NCBI GenBank assembly: GCA_003635255.1
Contig: PYJC01000090.1
Span: 7,880 to 71,879, forward strand
Source: Candidatus Poribacteria bacterium
GTDB taxonomy: Bacteria; Poribacteria; WGA-4E; WGA-3G
Direction of reading: 5' to 3'
Length of the DNA stretch: 64,000 nt
The notes below the pieces were generated by a model. The model was not told the DNA's origin, did no database searches, and worked only from the letters and a program-made list of their open reading frames with translations. Positions 28,380-38,261 of the stretch are shown piece after piece. The position numbers and the translations under genes are program-made. The stretch's first letter is position 1. Every line of letters starts with the position of its first letter.

Positions 28380-31300
28380 CGAAGGGTATCCCCTCCATTG
28401 ACGAGAAAGCAATCTTGAACAGTGATCCTCTCTGATGGAAGTGATTCGCCATCGACTTTGATTGCCTCACCACCACCAACGGGTCTTCCATATTCGCGGC
28501 GTACAGCGTCAATACGGCAGTCAGCAACCGTTACATTGTGGCATTCGGAAAAATTAACCCCATCGCTGCTGGTTTGGACGTTAATGTTGTCGATAAGTAG
28601 CCCATCGCAGCCCTCAACGAGAATCGCAGCATCACCACCGCGATAAACGCTCAAATTACGGATTTCCACGTTTTTACAGCGTTTTAGGGTAATACATATG
28701 CTGTCCACTCCATCGAGGGTGCCGGGACCATAGATATTTATGTTTTCCAAATCCTCTCCGATAAGGAGACCCACATCAGTGTAGGAAAACTTAAGTACGG
28801 CACCCGCATCAACAGCGAGGGTAACATTGCTTTTCAGGTAGATGGAAGCAGTTGCATAAACCCCGGATGGCAAGAAAACAGTGCCACCGCCAGCAGCGTT
28901 ACAGGTGGTGATGGCTTGGTTGATCGCGTCTGCATCGTTGGATTTGCCATCGGCAACGGCACCGAAATGCCGCACGTTATATGTGCCGACTTTCGCAAGT
29001 GCCTCTTGCGTGAGTCCTGCAAGCGTCTCCTCGCGGGTCCTGCTGGTATGTGCCTCAAAATTTGTGACCCATTTCTTAAGGGTCATGCTGCGTACGGACG
29101 CAGTATAATCTACAAGGGTTTTTAGGGTGTATTCGTATCTGTGTGAATCAACCCTGCCTTCAAGCGTGTTCCACAACTTAGCTGCCTGCGCAGCCATTTC
29201 AACCCCTTCTTCCATGTTGGCATAGATGTCCTGGATGAGGGTTCTGCCGATAGAGAGTTGCTGATCGTGTTCTGTGAAGTGGAAGGCAGTCAGGTGTGCT
29301 TCTCCGCGTAACGGATCTCCATATATCTCACGAAGTCCTGGAGCGTACTGTGCTAACACACGCTCACGCAATGCGGGTGTTATAGTGCCTACACCTTCCC
29401 TATTAACGACATAGGGGGTCTTGACTTGTGCCATACCGGGGTCGCTGGAGTCAAGCCAGATACCGCGATACCCACGGTAGTTATAGGTCTTGCGCGTGAC
29501 TTCTTCGAGCATCATCAAGATCGTCTTGATTGTCCTGAGTACCTCTGGATCATCGCCAAATGTTTGCTGAATCCATTCCGTGTAAATTTCATCTACTGTC
29601 AAATCTGGATTCCAAGAGAGTCGTCCCAATCCGTAATAATTTACAGCGTTCAGTGGAGATTTTGTCCATGCGGGTGCAGGTGAAATCATAGACACACCCA
29701 TGATGCAATCGACACTGAATTTGTTCAAACTTCCCGGTCCGTTGCGATAGGTATCCTGTTCAAACCACCATTTCCATTTCTTGACCCAAGAGACGGGCCA
29801 GCTTTTATCGATAACCAGTTCACTCCCAGATAGATTTTTCTGCATTGCGCCATCAAGGGCAGGAATCGGTGCCCACAAATCCCAATCCAGAGGGCTGCCT
29901 TTCGGAGCTATAATAACGTTGTCTCGGAAGTTGCCATCCTCGTGTGCGAATAGATCGTAGGGAATCAAGTTCCGATAGGGTTCCGGTGTATAGCGAAGAT
30001 TCCCATAAACAAAGCCGCGCACAAGCACCATTCCGCCGTACGGTTTCAGTGTGTCCGCAATGCGGTTCACCATCGACGGACGCGGATCACCGTTCTGTTT
30101 CTCCGAACCGAGTTTCATCTGGTATCCGCCGAAGTCGGGGACCCTTTCATAGAGTGCGTCAGCAGTTTTTTGGTCGAGTGCGAGGAGATAATTCGGACTC
30201 CAATAGAGTTTGATGCCGTAATCTCGGCAGATGTCGCCAAGTTTCTCGACCTCGTCAAGATGTTCCAGAAAGTTGTTCCGGTAATGCCAGTTAATCTCGC
30301 TTGGACAGAGTGCGTTCCAACCACACGATGCCAGCATACGCACCCAATCTCGAATAAGTTTGGTATCGTCAGTGCGTAACTCTTCCCAACTGAAAATTGA
30401 GTTGTCTCTGCCACCGCCTCGCCATCTGTCTCCGAAGAGTCCACGGAAGTAAGACCAATGTGCGACCATACGGATAGGCACTTGTGGATTCTCTAACACA
30501 TCAAGTTCAAGCGGATCCTGCCCAATCTGAATGCGACGGATCAGATCGAAAGCACCAAAAACAACGCCTGCGGGTATTCCGCCTGCGACAACAACCGCTC
30601 CTTCCATCGCCTTGATAACGAACCCATCATCTTCAATTCGATTGAGTTGTAGGTCTTCAGCACGATCGCGGATCCAGCTGGAAGTTTCGGCTGTTCCGAG
30701 AATAACCTTTGGTCCAGCGACAGTGGCGGTCTCCGAAACAGAAGGCTTGAAACCGAACATGGATTCCGTCGCCTGTGCCAATTCAGAAGCAGCCGTTTGG
30801 ACAGTCGAATTTGTGCCTTCAGCAACAATGTTTTTAAACACATCCTGATTCGGCTGTGCAGTCGCGGGTGGATTGAACTGTAGCCACGCTTTGTAGAGCG
30901 TCCTGTCTACTTCTTGGTATTTGTAAGTGTCCCGCTCTTTATCGATAGGATTCGTATCCCGTCTTCCCGCATAGATGGCTTTGGTTGCATCATAAATCTG
31001 ACGGATCTCAGCGTCGGTCAGTGGCTTGTTGTAGATACGGAGATCGTCGAGATAACCAGTAAAGTCTTCACTGGTCCGAATCTCAGTTAAACCCTCTCGG
31101 CGCAGCGGTTCCATGTTCACTGTAGATAAATCAATTGTTGCGATCTGCTCACCATCACGCCATCCAACGATCTGTTTCGCTTTGTCATCGTAGGCGACCG
31201 CGAACAGATGCCACTCGGAATCACCGACGGAGGCTTTCACATGTGGATAAAATGCCCATTCTCGCATGTCGTACTTCGGCCAATCGTAATCAAGGATCCC

Positions 31301-31720
31301 TTCCCAGTACTCAAAATCCTTCTCACCTCGGAAACGGACTTGAAAACAGCCGCGATAGTTGTTAAGTTCGATGGCATCGTTGTTGTATCCGAGAATGTTG
31401 GACCTATCTGACCCCGAATTTAACCAGAAGCAGATTGTGCCACGCGATATTGCAAGCGGGGAATTCTCAGGCACAGGGATTCGCATCGGCTCTGTCTTCC
31501 GCATCACTTCGATGCAAGCACGTCCTTCACCGAGAGAATAGATTGTTGTTCCACCGAGTACCGCATGGTTGCCGTTACCGGAGAGATCAGTGCCTGTTCC
31601 ATCGTCAAAGTCCCAACGACCAACAAGTCCGTCGGGTTCACCCGCCATTGCACTATTGAATTCACTTGCCAATACCAGTGCAACGACCACAAAAACAGTA
31701 ATGAGTATTTGATATTCCAT
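28376..31720 (-). CDS. secreted multidomain carbohydrate-active protein: LamG-like + GH67/GH115-like alpha-glucuronidase-like + right-handed beta-helix (pectate-lyase/GH28-like)
   Basis: 1114 aa with a signal peptide. LamG-type N-terminus (GLVGRWDFDDGTGTDLSGNGNHAVL...DDLRIYNKPLTDAEIRQIY). Middle region GIPAGVVFGAFDLIRRIQ..PIRMVAHWSYFRG..RWRGGG resembles the GH67 N-terminal/catalytic junction. C-terminus YNVRHFGAVADGKSNDADAINQAITTCNAAGGGTVFLPSGVY is the pectate-lyase-superfamily beta-helix start. Confidence 0.8.
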   Translation of the reverse strand: MEYQILITVFVVVALVLASEFNSAMAGEPDGLVGRWDFDDGTGTDLSGNGNHAVLGGTTIYSLGEGRACIEVMRKTEPMRIPVPENSPLAISRGTICFWLNSGSDRSNILGYNNDAIELNNYRGCFQVRFRGEKDFEYWEGILDYDWPKYDMREWAFYPHVKASVGDSEWHLFAVAYDDKAKQIVGWRDGEQIATIDLSTVNMEPLRREGLTEIRTSEDFTGYLDDLRIYNKPLTDAEIRQIYDATKAIYAGRRDTNPIDKERDTYKYQEVDRTLYKAWLQFNPPATAQPNQDVFKNIVAEGTNSTVQTAASELAQATESMFGFKPSVSETATVAGPKVILGTAETSSWIRDRAEDLQLNRIEDDGFVIKAMEGAVVVAGGIPAGVVFGAFDLIRRIQIGQDPLELDVLENPQVPIRMVAHWSYFRGLFGDRWRGGGRDNSIFSWEELRTDDTKLIRDWVRMLASCGWNALCPSEINWHYRNNFLEHLDEVEKLGDICRDYGIKLYWSPNYLLALDQKTADALYERVPDFGGYQMKLGSEKQNGDPRPSMVNRIADTLKPYGGMVLVRGFVYGNLRYTPEPYRNLIPYDLFAHEDGNFRDNVIIAPKGSPLDWDLWAPIPALDGAMQKNLSGSELVIDKSWPVSWVKKWKWWFEQDTYRNGPGSLNKFSVDCIMGVSMISPAPAWTKSPLNAVNYYGLGRLSWNPDLTVDEIYTEWIQQTFGDDPEVLRTIKTILMMLEEVTRKTYNYRGYRGIWLDSSDPGMAQVKTPYVVNREGVGTITPALRERVLAQYAPGLREIYGDPLRGEAHLTAFHFTEHDQQLSIGRTLIQDIYANMEEGVEMAAQAAKLWNTLEGRVDSHRYEYTLKTLVDYTASVRSMTLKKWVTNFEAHTSRTREETLAGLTQEALAKVGTYNVRHFGAVADGKSNDADAINQAITTCNAAGGGTVFLPSGVYATASIYLKSNVTLAVDAGAVLKFSYTDVGLLIGEDLENINIYGPGTLDGVDSICITLKRCKNVEIRNLSVYRGGDAAILVEGCDGLLIDNINVQTSSDGVNFSECHNVTVADCRIDAVRREYGRPVGGGEAIKVDGESLPSERITVQDCFLVNGGDTLR

Positions 31721-31774
31721 GTGTTCGCTCCATATATTTGAAGGTTTTCAAAAGCGGATAATATCGCCTTCTTC

Positions 31775-33208
31775 TCATTGCGTTACCGACAACACCCAGT
31801 CTCGAATCAAGTTTAACACCTCCGGTGAGAGTGTCTCCTCAATAGCACCGTACTCGTTCATCAGACCTGTACGTGCGCGTTGAAATAGGTGATTATGTTC
31901 CGGCAAGCGATGTACAGTGACATTCTGATTTCCACCTTTTTCAAGTGCCGCGACGATAGCCGTGAGATTTTGCTCGGCATCAACTTGTACATCCAGTTCA
32001 CCGTTGAGTGCAAGGACAGGTACTCGGATTTTCTCAAGGGCAGGCCGCGGATCGAAAGTCAGGAAATAGCGCATCCACGGGGTAAGTGACTGTTCCGCGA
32101 GTCCCCGTACCTGTGCCTCGTCTTGTTGTGCTGGCGGAACACCGTTAATTTCAAGCTGCTTGCGTACGATTTCCTCGACGTTTTGTCGCTGCTCGTCCTC
32201 CGCCATATCTTCTGAAGTTAAGATCGTGAACAACCGATCAAGGAGCATCAGTAAATTCTGTTTCCGCTCCCCCGCGATGCCCGCTGCATCAAAAATACGT
32301 TCGTTCTGTTTCCGCAACAACTCGGCACCAGGGACACCGGGACCCGCCATCAGCACGATGAAACTGACATCATTGCTGCGACTCGCGACAATGGCTGCGA
32401 TGAGACCGCCTTCGCTGTGACCGATCAACCCAATACTGTTGACGCGTTTATCCCGCTTAAGGAACGCCACACCTGCCTCCACGTCCGTTGCGAAATCCGC
32501 TGTCGTTGCCGGTTTCGGATGCGGTGTTGACTTACCGATACCCGGATCATCCACACGGAGTACGGCGATACCAGCACGACTCAGATGGTCGGCGAGTACC
32601 CAAAACGGTTTGTGTCCAACCAACGTCTCGTCTCGATCCTGCAAGCCACTACCGGAGATGAGCAGCACGGCAGGAAACGGACCGTCACCTTGTGGTAACG
32701 TCAAAGTCCCCGCAAGGTTGACTGTCCCGTTTTGAAAGGCTACCTCTTCGATTTTATAAGGGAACGGCGGTTTGGGTTCTTGCGGTCTTTTGGGATCCTT
32801 GACGACAATATCACGGGAAAGGCGGAAATCGAATGTAGCACCACTTTGGCTGAACGGACCACTGATGGCACCGTCTTGTAGTTTTCCATCAAAGGTCGGA
32901 TTCCCTGGCACACCGCGAATTGAGAACTTGACGCGTACATCCTCATCTTCTTCCACGACGTGGATATCAGACAGTGGTAATCCCTTCGCGCCTTGTGCTG
33001 GAATGTCAATAGTTCCACTCCAGCCACTGTCGTTGATAGTGAGATCAATCTTCACAGCGATGGGTTGACCCGGAATCTCAATTTGTCCCTCCCAGTGTCC
33101 GGCAACACGGTCTTCCGCGTAAGAAACCGATAGACATGCCACTATTGCTATGATGACAAGGATTGTCTTACGTAAACCGGATTCTATCTGATGAAAGTTG
33201 CTTTGCAC
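31775..33208 (-). CDS. secreted alpha/beta-fold serine hydrolase
   Basis: 477 aa with a signal anchor and nucleophile elbow GLIGHSEGG. C-terminal His region (LPEHNHLF). N-terminal ~130-aa beta-rich extra domain. Confidence 0.85.
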   Translation of the reverse strand: MQSNFHQIESGLRKTILVIIAIVACLSVSYAEDRVAGHWEGQIEIPGQPIAVKIDLTINDSGWSGTIDIPAQGAKGLPLSDIHVVEEDEDVRVKFSIRGVPGNPTFDGKLQDGAISGPFSQSGATFDFRLSRDIVVKDPKRPQEPKPPFPYKIEEVAFQNGTVNLAGTLTLPQGDGPFPAVLLISGSGLQDRDETLVGHKPFWVLADHLSRAGIAVLRVDDPGIGKSTPHPKPATTADFATDVEAGVAFLKRDKRVNSIGLIGHSEGGLIAAIVASRSNDVSFIVLMAGPGVPGAELLRKQNERIFDAAGIAGERKQNLLMLLDRLFTILTSEDMAEDEQRQNVEEIVRKQLEINGVPPAQQDEAQVRGLAEQSLTPWMRYFLTFDPRPALEKIRVPVLALNGELDVQVDAEQNLTAIVAALEKGGNQNVTVHRLPEHNHLFQRARTGLMNEYGAIEETLSPEVLNLIRDWVLSVTQ

Positions 33209-33220
33209 TTAGTCTGATCC

Positions 33221-33985
33221 TTATCGACTGGCTTTTATATTTCCCCATGTCGTGGTTAATTTGCCGGTGGGATAAACCGCCAACGCGGATTTGAGACCTG
33301 TTGTCATGATGGTTTTAATATCAGCCTCAGTCAGCGCGACAGTGAAAAACGCGATATCGTCAAAGACCCCGGAATAATATTGTCCCCATTGATGCAAAAA
33401 AGTTGCGCCGATACTGATATCCGTAAAAACATAGGTATCGGCAACAGTGTTCCCTTCTTTGCCGTTGTAATAGCCCGTCGCGTTTCCTTCATCATCCAAT
33501 ACAAACGCATAGTGTCCCCATTTATCCTCATCAAATTTTGGGATGACGGGTTTCCATGCCCTGCCCCAAATGTCAACTGCGCCATTTTGGAACCGAATTG
33601 CGAAAGCTGGATTTGTCGGTCCACTGACATTCGATATTAACCGATCATCATTGGCAACATCACTCGGTTTCGCCCATAGCACCACTGTGACCTCTCCAGC
33701 CAACCCTAAATTCCCGACAAGAACATGCCCTTTACTCTCATTCCCATCAAATTCCAGTGCGGCTCCGAATTTACCGTTCTTTATCCATTTCGGAGCGTTC
33801 ATAATTTCTCCGTCTTTACCATTTTCAGAGGCATCCGCTGCTATATCCCCCTTACCTTCATCAAAGAACCACATCCCGGCAACAGTTTTTAGATCAAATT
33901 CAGCGTTACTGATGCCGGTAAACAGCAGGCTCAGGACGATTAAACTGATAGATGCAAGCATTAAATTCGCCATTACGATTTTCAT
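33221..33985 (-). CDS. secreted LamG/concanavalin-like domain protein
   Basis: 254 aa with a signal peptide (SLIVLSLLFTGISNA-EF) and GGAGG SD. Typical LamG-jellyroll text (WFFDEGKGDIAADASENGKDGEI...ALEFDG..., FDDIAFFTVALTEADIKTIM). Confidence 0.75.
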   Translation of the reverse strand: MKIVMANLMLASISLIVLSLLFTGISNAEFDLKTVAGMWFFDEGKGDIAADASENGKDGEIMNAPKWIKNGKFGAALEFDGNESKGHVLVGNLGLAGEVTVVLWAKPSDVANDDRLISNVSGPTNPAFAIRFQNGAVDIWGRAWKPVIPKFDEDKWGHYAFVLDDEGNATGYYNGKEGNTVADTYVFTDISIGATFLHQWGQYYSGVFDDIAFFTVALTEADIKTIMTTGLKSALAVYPTGKLTTTWGNIKASR

Positions 33986-34200
33986 CTGTCATACCTCCTT
34001 CCACTATGTGAGTGGACTATGAATTGCGCATTCGTGACGGCATGTAGAATTAAATGTGTGACTGTCTTTATCAATTGTTTGCTGTTTTATCATCGAGTGA
34101 TTGCCAATCACCGAGTTGAGACAGTATTTCTGATGGCTATTATATCACATAGACCACAAAAAGCGTAAAAAATTCGATTACATCACTCTATGAACCCACA

Positions 34201-34833
34201 CTAATTCTCTCCACTCCAAGAGAGAGGTTCATTTTGTAAGTAGGGGCGCAGCATATCACGGAGACGACGGTGTGCATGGTGCAAATGTGTTTTAATCGTG
34301 CCTTCGGATTTGTTCAAGCGGAGCGCGATCTCTTTAATCGGGAGATCCTTCCGATAGCGGAGTTTAAAGACGCGCTGCTGTCCGGGTGAGAGTTGGCGAA
34401 CCGCTTTACGAATAATACGTCTAAATTCTTCATTCTCAAGCGTTTCAGAAGGCGACGGGTATGCACGGGCCATGGGAAGTTCATCGTCCGCGTCGAAGGG
34501 TAATTCCTCAAATATCAGAACTTTCCGCCGATTCTGTTTGCGCTGGAAGTCAATGCTGCAATTGACAGCGATTTGGTAAAGCCAACTGTAAAACGCGGCA
34601 TCTTGCTTGAAGTGAGGTAGTGCCCGAAACGCTTTGAGAAAAACATCTTGGCAGAGGTCTTTCGCTGTTTCCCGGTCGCGAACGCGGAGGTAAATTAGAT
34701 TGTAGATTTTTTGTTGGTATTTGAGAACCAGCGGGTTAAAAGCCTCTATGTCCCCGTTTTGAACCCGTTCAACTAATTCACTGTCCTCAATGTTTTCTAA
34801 TTCGGTTTGCATGGACTGTTTAGTGTTTGTCAT
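34201..34833 (-). CDS. ECF-subfamily RNA polymerase sigma-70 factor
   Basis: 210 aa with region 2 (DLCQDVFLKAFRAL..YSWLYQIAVN) and region 4 HTH (LPIKEIALRLNKSEGTIKTHLHHAHRRLRDML). GGAG SD. Confidence 0.9.
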   Translation of the reverse strand: MTNTKQSMQTELENIEDSELVERVQNGDIEAFNPLVLKYQQKIYNLIYLRVRDRETAKDLCQDVFLKAFRALPHFKQDAAFYSWLYQIAVNCSIDFQRKQNRRKVLIFEELPFDADDELPMARAYPSPSETLENEEFRRIIRKAVRQLSPGQQRVFKLRYRKDLPIKEIALRLNKSEGTIKTHLHHAHRRLRDMLRPYLQNEPLSWSGEN

Positions 34834-34852
34834 GTTGTTTGCTCCAAATGTT

Positions 34853-34880
34853 ATAGTTTTCAGTTGTCAGTTTTCGGTAG
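34853..34880. repeat. short heptamer array in the ECF sigma factor 5' leader
   Basis: tagtttt cagttgt cagtttt cggtaga, 20 nt upstream of ATG 34833. Confidence 0.7.
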
Positions 34881-35075
34881 ATCATAGGTGTCAATTTAGA
34901 TTTTTTCAGAATCAGCACAACTAATACTATTTGTAAATACGTAATAATAGTATTGTACATCCTATAGATTGGTTTGTCAAGTTAAACCGCAAAAAATGTA
35001 TAACTTCAAGAAAAAATGCGTCATTTAGGAATTATTCTCATTTTTTAGGGTATTTGTTGAGATTTAGATAACAGA

Positions 35076-36533
35076 CTACGCCTCGGTTTCCGCTTCTACT
35101 TCATTATCATGCATAATCTCTTGCAGACCAGTAGCGATGCGGAAAGCGGCGATAGAGATACCGATTGAGATAGCGAATAACCACCGATAACCGATATACC
35201 GTGCGAGAGCACCACCTAACACTGGTGCGAAACTTACGGGCATGAGCAATGTGTTCATAAAACCGATATAAGTCGGGCGGTTTCGTGGGGGTGCGATGTT
35301 CAGCATGTATGCCATGAAACCGACCATCATGCCGTTCCCCAAAATACCGCCGACGATGAAAATTAGCAAAAAGGCTGGCATTTGTAAGGACACTGGTAAT
35401 ACACCTGAAGAAAAGGCGATTGCGGGAGGGATCCCCATCAACCCTGCGGTGATAATCAGGAGCCATCGTACGCCATACTTCTCACCAACATATCCCCACA
35501 TTGTGTTTGAAATCACACCGCTCAACGCGGAACAGACAATAAAAAAGCCTATCGTTGCCTCAGAAAGTCCGAGTCCGTCTAGGGCGTAAGGGATATAAAA
35601 GGGAGATGCCATCCCAGAGAGGTGCCCAAAGACGCGGAAAAAAATAAAACGTCGGTAATTTGCGTCTGTCCGGAGGAAATGGGGTCCCTGTTTTAAATGT
35701 TCTGAAATAGGTTGCCGTGTCGGTTGGACAGGATGAATCGGTTCACGGACACCTAAGAAACTGACGAATGAAAGAAACGCTGCGGTCACCGAACAGATAA
35801 AGAGAAAGGCGTAGTTATAGGGAAAACCGAGATCCGTATCCACATTACAGATAGAACCGATGAAATACATCGTAAATGTTTTGAAGGTTTGCGTAATACC
35901 CCCCAGTATACCCGTAAATTCGTCTTCGTTTCCGAGGACAGCACGCACGAGGAACCCTACCCAGATGGCGAAAAAACCGCCGTACAGTTGTCGTAAACTA
36001 AAGAAACGGGCGCGCCGCTGAGGTTCTATTGATTTGGAGACGATATCCATGTAAGGGAGCGTCGAAACGCCCATAGCGGAGGAAGACAAGAAATAGAATC
36101 CGAGAAAACAGGCGGCGAGCAACATCGGGTTTTGTTCACCAATTGTGATGGTGCAGAAAAAGACGGCGAGCCATGCCAAAACGCGGACGCTCATACCGAG
36201 TGCGTAAAACGGCATTTTGCGTGGACGGTGTTCCAGTAGGTTGGACATCAACAGTTGGGGCCACATCCAGCCTGCTGTCATCATTGAACCGGTTAAACCT
36301 ACGAGAAGATCCGAGCCGCTTAACTTATGGATAAAAGCAGGGAGCACCGTCGCTGAATCCGCAAACGCGAGATTGATACGCATGAAGGTGCCTTGGAGCA
36401 GCGCAAATCGGAAGTTTCGCCGTTGGATTTTTAATTTACCTTGCGGTTCGGTGTTTTTTAATTTACCTTGCGGTTCGGTCAGGTTGCTCTGATTGATAAG
36501 TTCAGTTTCCGTAGTTCCGCCTTGAACGTTCAA
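35076..36533 (-). CDS. MFS transporter (true start uncertain)
   Basis: About 12 predicted TM helices. The N-terminal ~35 codons of the longest ORF (TTG start) translate two tandem copies of the leader repeat (TEPQGKLKNTEPQGKLK). The conserved pre-TM1 motif RRNFRF follows immediately and has no canonical in-frame start between them (only ATC at 36428). Confidence 0.8.
   Translation of the reverse strand: MNVQGGTTETELINQSNLTEPQGKLKNTEPQGKLKIQRRNFRFALLQGTFMRINLAFADSATVLPAFIHKLSGSDLLVGLTGSMMTAGWMWPQLLMSNLLEHRPRKMPFYALGMSVRVLAWLAVFFCTITIGEQNPMLLAACFLGFYFLSSSAMGVSTLPYMDIVSKSIEPQRRARFFSLRQLYGGFFAIWVGFLVRAVLGNEDEFTGILGGITQTFKTFTMYFIGSICNVDTDLGFPYNYAFLFICSVTAAFLSFVSFLGVREPIHPVQPTRQPISEHLKQGPHFLRTDANYRRFIFFRVFGHLSGMASPFYIPYALDGLGLSEATIGFFIVCSALSGVISNTMWGYVGEKYGVRWLLIITAGLMGIPPAIAFSSGVLPVSLQMPAFLLIFIVGGILGNGMMVGFMAYMLNIAPPRNRPTYIGFMNTLLMPVSFAPVLGGALARYIGYRWLFAISIGISIAAFRIATGLQEIMHDNEVEAETEA
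36429..36480 (-). promoter_or_regulatory. two tandem copies of the leader module (plus a truncated third at 36547..36562) at the 5' end of the MFS gene
   Basis: The minus strand reads gaccgaaccgcaaggtaaattaaaaaa-caccgaaccgcaaggtaaattaaaaa-tccaacggcga. Confidence 0.7.
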
Positions 36534-36704
36534 GGCTATGTTTTTGTTTTTTAATTTACCTTAATGCATGCAAAATTCTGCACCTTATCTTTTGACACAA
36601 TTTTCGCAATTAGGTTGAATTGAAATTTCCATCGTCTGTCGGAACGGGAATAAAATTTTGTTTACAGGGTGCCGAGGTTGTGCTAAATTGCGTACAAACT
36701 TTTC

Positions 36705-36847
36705 TAATAGTTGTTAGTTATGAGTTGTTGGTTTTTAGTTACCATCTTGTGGCGTTCAATGTTCTTGTGGATGCCACAGCATATCTCAACGCCACAGCAC
36801 AGTAACTAATAACTTATAACTAATAACTTATAACTAATAACCACTAA
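36705..36847. repeat. inverted heptamer arrays flanking a structured core, ending at the SD of the Gfo/Idh/MocA gene
   Basis: Left arm tagttgt tagttat gagttgt tggtttt tagttac. The core holds nested hairpins TTGTGGCGTT...AACGCCACAG and TGTGG-atg-CCACA. Right arm agtaact aataact tataact aataact tataact aataacc. Confidence 0.9.
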
Positions 36848-36858
36848 AGGAAACAGAT

Positions 36859-37806
36859 ATGGAACCTCTTCGGATTGGATTTCTCGGTGCCGGTGGTTTC
36901 GCGCGGCACACCATTTATCCCGCACTTCATCTCGCCCCAGTCGCATTGCAAGCCGTTTGTGATGCAGACGAAAATCGTGCCAAGGACGCTGCTGGTAAAT
37001 TCGGCACGGGTAGATATTACACCGATCGGCACGAAATGTTTGAAAAAGAAGACTTAGAAGCAGTGATTATTTCTATGGGGCCTGACCCGAGGCAGCCGCT
37101 TGTGCTTGAAACGCTTGCGGCGGGATATCATGTATTCACGCCAAAACCGCCTGCACCATCTCTCGAAGAAACAATTGCTTTGGCAGAGACCGCAGAAAAA
37201 CACGGTAAGACACTCATGGTGAACTTCCAACGGCGGTTCAGTCTTGGTGTACGAGAGGCGAGGCGGATTATGCAGACCGAATCCTTTGGTACACTTACAC
37301 AACTTTTCTGCTCGTTCTGTAGTGGGAAGTATCCGACAGTCAAAAGTTATCTGCTCGATTTTGCGATTCACCACTTCGATCTGGCGAGGCACATCGCTGG
37401 CGCGGATGTGAAAGAACTCTGCGTTTTCCACAATGAAGTGGATGGGCAAGGCGCATTCGCTGTTAGCGTAGAATATACCAACGGTGCAGTCGGAAGTTTG
37501 CAGCTGAGCAGCCAACGGTTATGGCAGCGCAACTATGACTACATCGAAATTACCGGTCAGCACGAATACATCGTTTTAGACGGGTTATGGGGTGCTCAAC
37601 ACTTCACCGAATCTGGGAATAGCTTCACCTCAAACTTTTCTGATCAACGAAATGGCGAATTGACGGGGGATGGTATCAGCCTTACTGAGTTTGCCAACGC
37701 GATTCGTGAGGATCGAGAACCGGTATCAAGTATCCAAGACTGCGTCGGTACCATGCGGTTCTACGATGCTGTCCTTCAGCGTAAAAAAGGCGTTATTAGC
37801 CTTTAG
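36859..37806 (+). CDS. Gfo/Idh/MocA family oxidoreductase
   Basis: 315 aa with a Rossmann N-terminus (RIGFLGAGGFARH). AAAGGAAA SD 5 nt upstream. Confidence 0.9.
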   Translation: MEPLRIGFLGAGGFARHTIYPALHLAPVALQAVCDADENRAKDAAGKFGTGRYYTDRHEMFEKEDLEAVIISMGPDPRQPLVLETLAAGYHVFTPKPPAPSLEETIALAETAEKHGKTLMVNFQRRFSLGVREARRIMQTESFGTLTQLFCSFCSGKYPTVKSYLLDFAIHHFDLARHIAGADVKELCVFHNEVDGQGAFAVSVEYTNGAVGSLQLSSQRLWQRNYDYIEITGQHEYIVLDGLWGAQHFTESGNSFTSNFSDQRNGELTGDGISLTEFANAIREDREPVSSIQDCVGTMRFYDAVLQRKKGVISL

Positions 37807-38027
37807 CAATCGGCTTTCAGCCTTCAGACTTATCACATAGGTCAGGTCGAACGGCGTTGAACAGTCAGGTGTTGCTGTTCTAAACATACGCCAAATCCAA
37901 TATGCTACCATATACACTACAGATCAGTTGATTAGTGCACTCACTCTTCGTTAGACACATAGCGACTTTCGTAGGCGCGCTTTGATGAAGATTAATTTTT
38001 TAATTCGGTAATTTCTTAGGGATGCCC

Positions 38028-38048
38028 GGTGCGGTTGCAAACCGCACC
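38028..38048. repeat. palindromic hairpin GGTGCGGTT-gca-AACCGCACC (second copy)
   Basis: Same stem as 13161..13181. A related tail, accgaacctaccggtcctgggg, is at 38268..38289. Confidence 0.8.
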
Positions 38049-38090
38049 ATAGTGTCAATTTAGGGATTTTAACAACGTTTTAGCAAGTGA

Positions 38091-38174
38091 ATATAAACAT
38101 GCCGCCCTTACAGGGCTTGGGTCCTTGTTTGATACCGCTGCTATAAACATGCCGTCGCTACGCGACTGAAGAGG
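38091..38174 (+). repeat. two further REP-like units of the same family
   Basis: tataaacatgccGCCCTtacaGGGCttggg and ctataaacatgccGTCGCtacGCGACtgaagagg, followed by ttttt. Confidence 0.8.
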
Positions 38175-38213
38175 TTTTTGAAGTCTTCAAGGTTTTCGCG
38201 CAGAATCCGGTTC

Positions 38214-38261
38214 GGTGTTTTTGCTGGGGGTCTTTGCTTGGGTATTTCTGCGGATTTCTTC
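38214..38261 (+). repeat. repeat family B core, copy 3, flanked by inverted CCGGTTCGGT / ACCGAACC..CCGG ends
   Basis: ggtgtttttgctgggggtctttgcttgggtatttctgcggatttcttc. The flanks at 38208..38217 and 38269..38281 are inverted. Confidence 0.8.
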
